Positions 58,259 through 64,000 of a stretch of DNA of 64,000 nt are shown here, piece by piece. Position 1 is the first letter of the stretch, and each line of letters starts with the position of its first letter. Source of the DNA: a virus (lineage: Duplodnaviria > Caudoviricetes). A model generated the notes under the pieces. That model was not told the origin of the DNA, did not search any database, and was given only the letters and a program-made list of their open reading frames with translations. The position numbers were made by a program, and so were the translations under genes. The DNA is taken from the IMG/VR virus record IMGVR_UViG_3300028175_000001; one strand, given 5' to 3'.

Positions 58259-59241
58259 TGAAATCCCCCTCCCAAAGTTCTAGAATGCCTCAAATACAAT
58301 GGAATACTATCAATTCCATATTGACTCAATAGTTTTATCAAAGCTATTTGATTTCCATCAACAATAACTAAATCATTATTAACACTTAACAAATTAAGAC
58401 CTATAGAATCACTTGATATTCCATAATCTATAATATCAGTTGAAACAATATCACTAAAAAATATTTTTTCCCAATCTTTGAAAAATTTAGGATAATTGTC
58501 TTGATCACATCTTAATCCATTTAATAATACAAGCCCCTCTCTTAATGGAATTACCGTACTATCAAAATGTGCGCCTGAATATGCATCACGTTCAATATGA
58601 ATTTTATAATCAGGAAACATTCGTTGCAACCATTCTGCTCCTTTTTCGTTTCCACTATTGCTTATTTGAAAAATCAAATCATTATCAATCCTTACTACAT
58701 TTGGTGCATCGAAAAGTATTTCTTTATTCATTAATGTTGATTGTGATAAATCAGAAAAATCAAAACTTACGTCTTCAACAATTTGTTTTGGAGCGGAAAA
58801 CCAATTTGTACCATCATCAAATGCTTCATGCAAAATTTTATTATAAGACCAAGTTTCAAACATCCTGCTTCTCATTACGCTAGGTACTTCAACAATATTA
58901 TTACCCAAAACTAAAAAAATGTCTCTAGGACAATAATTATACCAACCAGTAGTTTTCCATTTTGGAGTCTGAATTAGATGACGATGTTGTATTTTTTCTG
59001 GCCTATGAACTATCACACCACAGTCTTCCAACACTTCAGATAAAATATCAAGATCTTCACTTGTCTCTTCAAGAACCTCTTGATCATATGGACCAACATA
59101 TTTTTTTATTTCTTCAATTGTTAAATTTGCATACATGAAATTTTTCATCGAAGAATCTACTGGAGGAATATGTGCAAAATCTGCACGTCCTACAATTATC
59201 TCATGAAGAGGATCATAATCATTAGTCGAGTGTATTAACAT
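58228..59241 (-). CDS. Amidinotransferase (glycine / inosamine-phosphate amidinotransferase family)
   Basis: NDYDPLHEIIVG, CPRD, DAPN, HFDST, LGGGFHCVTLDLRR. Confidence 0.92.
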   Translation of the reverse strand: MLIHSTNDYDPLHEIIVGRADFAHIPPVDSSMKNFMYANLTIEEIKKYVGPYDQEVLEETSEDLDILSEVLEDCGVIVHRPEKIQHRHLIQTPKWKTTGWYNYCPRDIFLVLGNNIVEVPSVMRSRMFETWSYNKILHEAFDDGTNWFSAPKQIVEDVSFDFSDLSQSTLMNKEILFDAPNVVRIDNDLIFQISNSGNEKGAEWLQRMFPDYKIHIERDAYSGAHFDSTVIPLREGLVLLNGLRCDQDNYPKFFKDWEKIFFSDIVSTDIIDYGISSDSIGLNLLSVNNDLVIVDGNQIALIKLLSQYGIDSIPLYLRHSRTLGGGFHCVTLDLRRG

Positions 59242-60454
59242 AATTCTCTATTTCATCTTGAAAGACTTGATACTTATCATCATCGCAACCTCTAAATAAT
59301 TTATAAGAAATATCACTACATATTTGATAATTATGATTTAATTTATATTTAAGCGTACTTATAATACTCATTAGACCATTTAAATCCATTTGTAATATTT
59401 TTTCACACTCGATCATATACGCTTTTAATCTTTTTCCATATTGCCCAATACCATCAAACGAATAATCAAACAATTCATCATAAAGCACAAATCCGTGATC
59501 CGTTAAAAATTTATAATAATTCTTAGAAGCAAAGGTTAAAAATGGTTTTTTATAAAAAAAATTTTTGACTGTTTTTTCTGTAATATGTGTAGCACAATCT
59601 GTTTGAGTTTCACAAACAAAATTCACCGCAGATTTCAAATATTCATCAGGAACAATATTATACAAATACCAAGGACAAGTCTGATATTCTTTTTCTAAAT
59701 CCACATCGGAATAATCTGCGGAATATTCTGTGTTTAAAGATCTATTCAACATAACACGGGCGGGATTTTTTAATTTTTTTAAATCTGGACTAAAATATAT
59801 TTTTTTGGATGAGTTGAAATTATTAAAACCAAATAAGTAATTTAGTGAAGTTTCATCACCCGATATTTTATCAGTATTGTGCGTATGTGAACAATAATCA
59901 TAATAAGAAATATTAAAACAATCATCAAGCAAATCATATTTAATAACTTTTCGGCGAGCCACTTGATCGATCATATCAATATAACCTAAATTCGAATATA
60001 TAAAAGTATCATATTTACTCAATTCTGACATTATATAATCTCTACAAAATCTTCTTCCCCCAGATAAAAATATAGCATTGTGTTCTATACGAGGCTGAAC
60101 ATTATCTTTCAAAATATAAGTACCAATTTCTCCAGGAAAAAAATATTCATAAACAAAAAACCAAGGAAATGAAACAATTTTTAAATTTAAACTTGATTTT
60201 ACTGATTGTTTTACTTTTTCATAATTTTGCTTAAGATGAATATCCGCGCCGACAAATGTAATATTAAACGTGTCGTCAAATTCATTGAGTAAATGATAAA
60301 AAAGCGCCCTAGTATTTCGCTTATGATATCCCCCCACGTTCAAATACGGGAACAAAGAATATGGTTCTGCATAATTATAAAGAATTACTGTTTTTTCAGC
60401 TCTTATTTCATTTAATATTTTTTTTGAAATATGCTCGCAGTGCAAAAATTTCAT
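59222..60454 (-). CDS. GT-B-like hypothetical protein (TEK..K...KPF family)
   Basis: VCET...ITEKTVKNFFYKKPFL...GFVLYDELFDYSFD. Confidence 0.55.
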   Translation of the reverse strand: MKFLHCEHISKKILNEIRAEKTVILYNYAEPYSLFPYLNVGGYHKRNTRALFYHLLNEFDDTFNITFVGADIHLKQNYEKVKQSVKSSLNLKIVSFPWFFVYEYFFPGEIGTYILKDNVQPRIEHNAIFLSGGRRFCRDYIMSELSKYDTFIYSNLGYIDMIDQVARRKVIKYDLLDDCFNISYYDYCSHTHNTDKISGDETSLNYLFGFNNFNSSKKIYFSPDLKKLKNPARVMLNRSLNTEYSADYSDVDLEKEYQTCPWYLYNIVPDEYLKSAVNFVCETQTDCATHITEKTVKNFFYKKPFLTFASKNYYKFLTDHGFVLYDELFDYSFDGIGQYGKRLKAYMIECEKILQMDLNGLMSIISTLKYKLNHNYQICSDISYKLFRGCDDDKYQVFQDEIENYVNTLD

Positions 60455-60462
60455 CTAATCCC

Positions 60463-61665
60463 CTAAACAAACGCTTTTTGTTCATTTATCATAAATTTCA
60501 AATAGTTAAAATCATCTAATTCAGAAGCAATATACCATATTTGCTTCTGATTCGCCACATGAAAACAATTATACTGTATTTTTTCTCTAAATGTTTCTAT
60601 TTTAGCAGTTAAGTGGTGAGTAGACATAGCTAAAATTGGTTTTATCTGTTTCATAATAGAATCAAATCTTTGATCAAATGATTTATCATCGAATGAATAA
60701 TCAAACAATTCTTCATATAGATAAAACCCCGCTTTTTTCAAAAACTGATGCGAATTTCTTGCGCTTAATAATATAAAAGGTTTATTTAATGAAATAGGTT
60801 TAAAAGTTTTTTCTGTTAATGCAATGCTTTCATCAACATATGATTCTGTCACAAGGTCTATACAGCTCTGAATATATTCTAAAGGAACACATCTTTGAAA
60901 AGCATCATGCTTTGAAGCAAAAGTTTTTGATATATCTTTCTTTGATCGAAAATTTAGTGGAACTTCACTTTTTTTCATAAAAAGTAAGGGATCATATATT
61001 TCATTTAATTCTGTTAATTCATTTAATAATTCATTATCTTCATCATTATCAAAAACATCTTCCATTTGTTGAGGATCTTCAAATGGATAATACGAATACA
61101 TAAAATTTTCTATGCCACGCAGTGCTTTGATTGTTTTTATTCTCTGATGTTTTTTTGTACTGTTTAATGAAATAACATTATATTTTGGTTCATACTCTAT
61201 TTTTTTATCATCAACAGTTAAACTAAAATTGTTAATATTAACGCATCCTATCTTCGCATTTGAATGGGGTAATTCAGTTTGCGAAGCACTGGAGGATTCA
61301 ATCTCATAATCATTAAAAAAACCATACATATAAGGATTAATTAATGGAATAATATCTGTTTTTATTTCATTACAAGAAATTATTTTTTTTAATCGGTTTA
61401 AATTAGACCATATGTTAAAATCTGAAGTGACATAATATACATTTTTATCTTTAAAATCCAGAGTTAAAATATTATATAAGGTATAATCATCAAACTCATC
61501 TAATGGAGCAAGTCTATCAGCTTCTGAATCAATGAAAATCACATTTTCGTCATCTGTTTGCAACACTTCATCTATAATTGTCTGATCAGCCGAAACACAT
61601 TTCAATGTTTCTATAACATTTTGTATCGGTACTGTATCAATACACTGGTCAACATGTATTCTCAT
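60463..61665 (-). CDS. GT-B-like hypothetical protein (TEK..K...KPF family)
   Basis: LVTES...LTEKTFKPISLNKPFI...GFYLYEELFDYSFD. Confidence 0.55.
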   Translation of the reverse strand: MRIHVDQCIDTVPIQNVIETLKCVSADQTIIDEVLQTDDENVIFIDSEADRLAPLDEFDDYTLYNILTLDFKDKNVYYVTSDFNIWSNLNRLKKIISCNEIKTDIIPLINPYMYGFFNDYEIESSSASQTELPHSNAKIGCVNINNFSLTVDDKKIEYEPKYNVISLNSTKKHQRIKTIKALRGIENFMYSYYPFEDPQQMEDVFDNDEDNELLNELTELNEIYDPLLFMKKSEVPLNFRSKKDISKTFASKHDAFQRCVPLEYIQSCIDLVTESYVDESIALTEKTFKPISLNKPFILLSARNSHQFLKKAGFYLYEELFDYSFDDKSFDQRFDSIMKQIKPILAMSTHHLTAKIETFREKIQYNCFHVANQKQIWYIASELDDFNYLKFMINEQKAFV

Positions 61666-62840
61666 AATAAAAGTTTTTTTCCATAATGAATTATTTTTAG
61701 TGGGACAAGATGTTTATTGGTTTTAAATTCTCTCCAGGGATCCACAACTATACTATCTTTATTAAAATTAAAATCATAATGACATCCTCTATGGGCAAGT
61801 AAATATGTGCATGGAACATCATTCATATTTTCATCAAAACCCAGTTCAAAATTCGACAATTCATTTACATAATATCCCACTAATAACGCATATGAACCAT
61901 CAGTATAACTTATTTTTGGCTTAAACGACTTTCCCAATATAACAATCGGTAATTTGAAACTCACTAATTTTTCAGCCAATCTCTTTGCTTGAACCTCTCT
62001 AGAAGTCATAATTGCATCAAATAAATCATACCCTAAGTCTAATTTATTTACAAGAAATCTTAAAGCAATATTATCTCTGGGATGACAGGGACCACCATCT
62101 CCCATACCAGGCTTCATATATAATTTACTTATAATCCTCTGTGATGAATTTGACAACGCATTAGCAACTACATCACAATCTACATTACCGTTTAGTTCTG
62201 CTACATCTTGTATCATATTAACTAAACTAACTTTAGCAGATATAAACGTATTATAAAATATTTTAATACATTCTGCTTCATCTAGGGTAACCAATTCAAA
62301 TCTAGTTTTTTTCTTCTGTAAAATTTTTATATAAAACATTTTAAGATCATAAACAATACTTTGAAGTACATTATTCGATCCCATTATAATCATTTCAGGA
62401 TTCAGCATATCCCAAGTTGTTGTACCCATAGCAATCAAATATGGATTGTATATAAAATTCACTCCTTTTTTGATTATTGGCAAAAAGTCTTTTCTACAGG
62501 TTCCAGGTAAAACTGTACTAATTAATACAATAGTCTGACCCTCTCTAATATATTCGTTTATTTGAAGTAAAGCATTGATTACGAATTCATACTGAAAATC
62601 TTTGGGATCTAAATGCGAGGAAGGCTTGGTTCCATCATAATCTTCATGATGAGGAGTTTCAACCGCTAAAAATATAAAGTTGTTATATTGTATTGCATCT
62701 TTTATATTTTTATGAATAATAATTTTATTGCTTTTTTTCTCACGCAAATCAAAACCATGCACACAAATATCATCTTGGGCCATTGCTTCTGCACATTCTA
62801 ATCCTAATTTACCCAATCCTATAAAACCAACATCAGTCAT
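61662..62840 (-). CDS. UDP-glucose/GDP-mannose dehydrogenase family protein; start revised from 62948 to 62840
   Basis: VGFIGLGKLG, STVLPGT, YNP, AECIKIFYNTFISAK, GGPCHPRD (catalytic Cys). Confidence 0.9.
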   Translation of the reverse strand: MTDVGFIGLGKLGLECAEAMAQDDICVHGFDLREKKSNKIIIHKNIKDAIQYNNFIFLAVETPHHEDYDGTKPSSHLDPKDFQYEFVINALLQINEYIREGQTIVLISTVLPGTCRKDFLPIIKKGVNFIYNPYLIAMGTTTWDMLNPEMIIMGSNNVLQSIVYDLKMFYIKILQKKKTRFELVTLDEAECIKIFYNTFISAKVSLVNMIQDVAELNGNVDCDVVANALSNSSQRIISKLYMKPGMGDGGPCHPRDNIALRFLVNKLDLGYDLFDAIMTSREVQAKRLAEKLVSFKLPIVILGKSFKPKISYTDGSYALLVGYYVNELSNFELGFDENMNDVPCTYLLAHRGCHYDFNFNKDSIVVDPWREFKTNKHLVPLKIIHYGKKLLL

Positions 62841-63055
62841 AGATAAATTTTTCAAGTTTTTCTCCTTCGGTTTTATATAGATTTTTATGAAAGGTTTCAG
62901 TGAGAGTGGTATCGTAGAAAAAATTTGATAATTTATTAAGCAGAACATCTACTTTTATTTACAACTGGTTATTCTATCATATCAAACCACGCACGATAAA
63001 ATAATGGATTACTCAGCTCATCGCCATAACTATCTCCAAAAATATAAACGATCAT
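62833..63055 (-). pseudogene. Internally deleted SGNH-like gene remnant
   Basis: MIVYIFGDSYGDELSNPLFYRAWFDMIE*PVVNKSRC, then in another frame DVLLNKLSNFFYD...LEKFIYD*; matches the N- and C-termini of neighbouring SGNH paralogs. Confidence 0.7.
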
Positions 63056-63056
63056 A

Positions 63057-63833
63057 TCATTCGTATATAAAATGGTCTCTGCCTAAAGAAGGATCATTCC
63101 AAGTTGTTAAAATATGTTTATTCCAGATATCATCCAATACAACAGAGTCTGTAGTGAAAAAATTCAAAAGTATATTAGTTAAAATTCTATGATTACAAAA
63201 AGACAAATGATTAGCCCTGTAATTATGTTTATTGTCGTAATCTTTAAAATTAACAGATTCTTCTATGCTCACATGATATAGTGGTTTGATATGAATATTA
63301 AAATATTCATCATTTAATTTGCTCAATTCATAAATTTCTTTAACATTAACATAATCATGAACCCCTGTCCTATTAAATCCAAAACATAAAAAAACCATGA
63401 TCTTAATTTTTTTTAACTGCGATAATACCTTTAAAAAATAAATGTTTTTTATATTTGCTCTAAAAATTTCTTCTTTTAAAATTTTATGAGTAAATAAAAT
63501 TTCATATTCTAAAGATTTTAAAACAGTATCTTTATCTCCTCTTAATACATCCAAACAAATGGGTTGATTATATAAATCTATCGGTAGTCTATATTGACAA
63601 GATAAAAAAAATATTACTTTATCGGTTATTTTTTTAGTTTCAAAACATTCATAAAAATCTTCAAATATCGTATATGGCCCCAACCCACCTTCTGCAAAAG
63701 TATGAACTTTTTCTCCTGTTTCGTTCTCCAAAATATCATACCACAAATCTCCTGTTTTCCCATTGAAATAATGGGGATCTTTTGGAGACCCATCTATTGT
63801 CGCAAAACTATCACCGAAAATAAAATAAGTCAT
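63057..63833 (-). CDS. SGNH/GDSL-hydrolase-like protein
   Basis: IFGDSF...W...GGLGP; RANHLSFCNH. Confidence 0.65.
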   Translation of the reverse strand: MTYFIFGDSFATIDGSPKDPHYFNGKTGDLWYDILENETGEKVHTFAEGGLGPYTIFEDFYECFETKKITDKVIFFLSCQYRLPIDLYNQPICLDVLRGDKDTVLKSLEYEILFTHKILKEEIFRANIKNIYFLKVLSQLKKIKIMVFLCFGFNRTGVHDYVNVKEIYELSKLNDEYFNIHIKPLYHVSIEESVNFKDYDNKHNYRANHLSFCNHRILTNILLNFFTTDSVVLDDIWNKHILTTWNDPSLGRDHFIYE

Positions 63834-64000
63834 TCGTAAATATAATCCACCTTTTTAGTTAATTCATGATATTCATCTAAAAAATTAGACTTAAATTCTA
63901 CCTTTGACCTTAAACCTTTTTCAAAAAAATCGATCATTGCTTTAGCTATTTTATTATGATTCACCTCACTAAAATGATTTAATCTGATATCGTTCATATA
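63830..64000 (-). CDS. 3' end of a further SGNH-like gene, cut by the window edge
   Basis: Manual translation ...DIRLNHFSEVNHNKIAKAMIDFF...VDYIYE*; its TGA overlaps the ATG of 63833. Confidence 0.65.
   Translation of the reverse strand, partial: YMNDIRLNHFSEVNHNKIAKAMIDFFEKGLRSKVEFKSNFLDEYHELTKKVDYIYE

Noticed and set aside
62841-62948. N-terminal extension of the dehydrogenase ORF (MFCLINYQ...)
   Set aside because: The Rossmann motif begins right after Met at 62840, and the extension overlaps the SGNH pseudogene remnant.
62960-62975. Stop-codon reassignment suggested by an in-frame TAA
   Set aside because: TAA terminates many bona fide genes here and other ORFs are intact under the standard code; the segment is also frameshifted and deleted, so a pseudogene fits better.
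651-63192. Numerous short ORFs (60-190 aa) antisense or out of frame to long genes, e.g. 651+, 3627+, 6793-, 7918+, 22508+, 58545+, 63004+
   Set aside because: They are fully nested in genes with clear family motifs and have no motifs of their own. 6793- and 22501-/22508+ only mirror the tandem repeats.
1-64000. tRNA, rRNA, integrase, transposase, intron or intein
   Set aside because: Intergenic gaps are too short and no such motifs were recognised by eye; tRNAscan-SE and Infernal would be needed to exclude them formally.

Overview
AT-rich fragment of a T4-like (Tevenvirinae/cyanophage/pelagiphage-type) myovirus genome. 1-10.6 kb holds core baseplate/tail and replication genes: hub protein, gp53, two gp48-like caps, gp4, gp2, gp54/gp19-like, gp26, gp51, a gp29/tape-measure-like gene, then gp32, gp59 and gp33. 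10.6-16.7 kb holds two giant multi-domain glycosyltransferases, one ending in an Aah/TibC-type protein O-heptosyltransferase domain. A 90-bp divergent control region follows, then a Ser/Thr-rich late gene and its partner. From 18.5 kb to the window end is a continuous minus-strand, tightly coupled tailoring-enzyme island of more than 45 kb. It encodes 16 radical SAM enzymes, glycosyltransferase-like proteins, SGNH-like proteins, 2OG-Fe(II) oxygenases, two nitroreductase-fold proteins, two PLP-fold proteins, a QueC-like PP-loop ATPase, an adenylate-forming enzyme, a flavin-dependent halogenase, a carbamoyltransferase, an amidinotransferase and a nucleotide-sugar dehydrogenase. Notable non-ORF signals are a probable -1 frameshift linking gp26 to gp51, two ~30-bp exact copies shared between unrelated distant genes, in-frame tandem duplications and a collapsed SGNH pseudogene. 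No tRNA, rRNA, CRISPR array or mobile element was recognised. All product calls come from motif recognition by eye, not from database searches.
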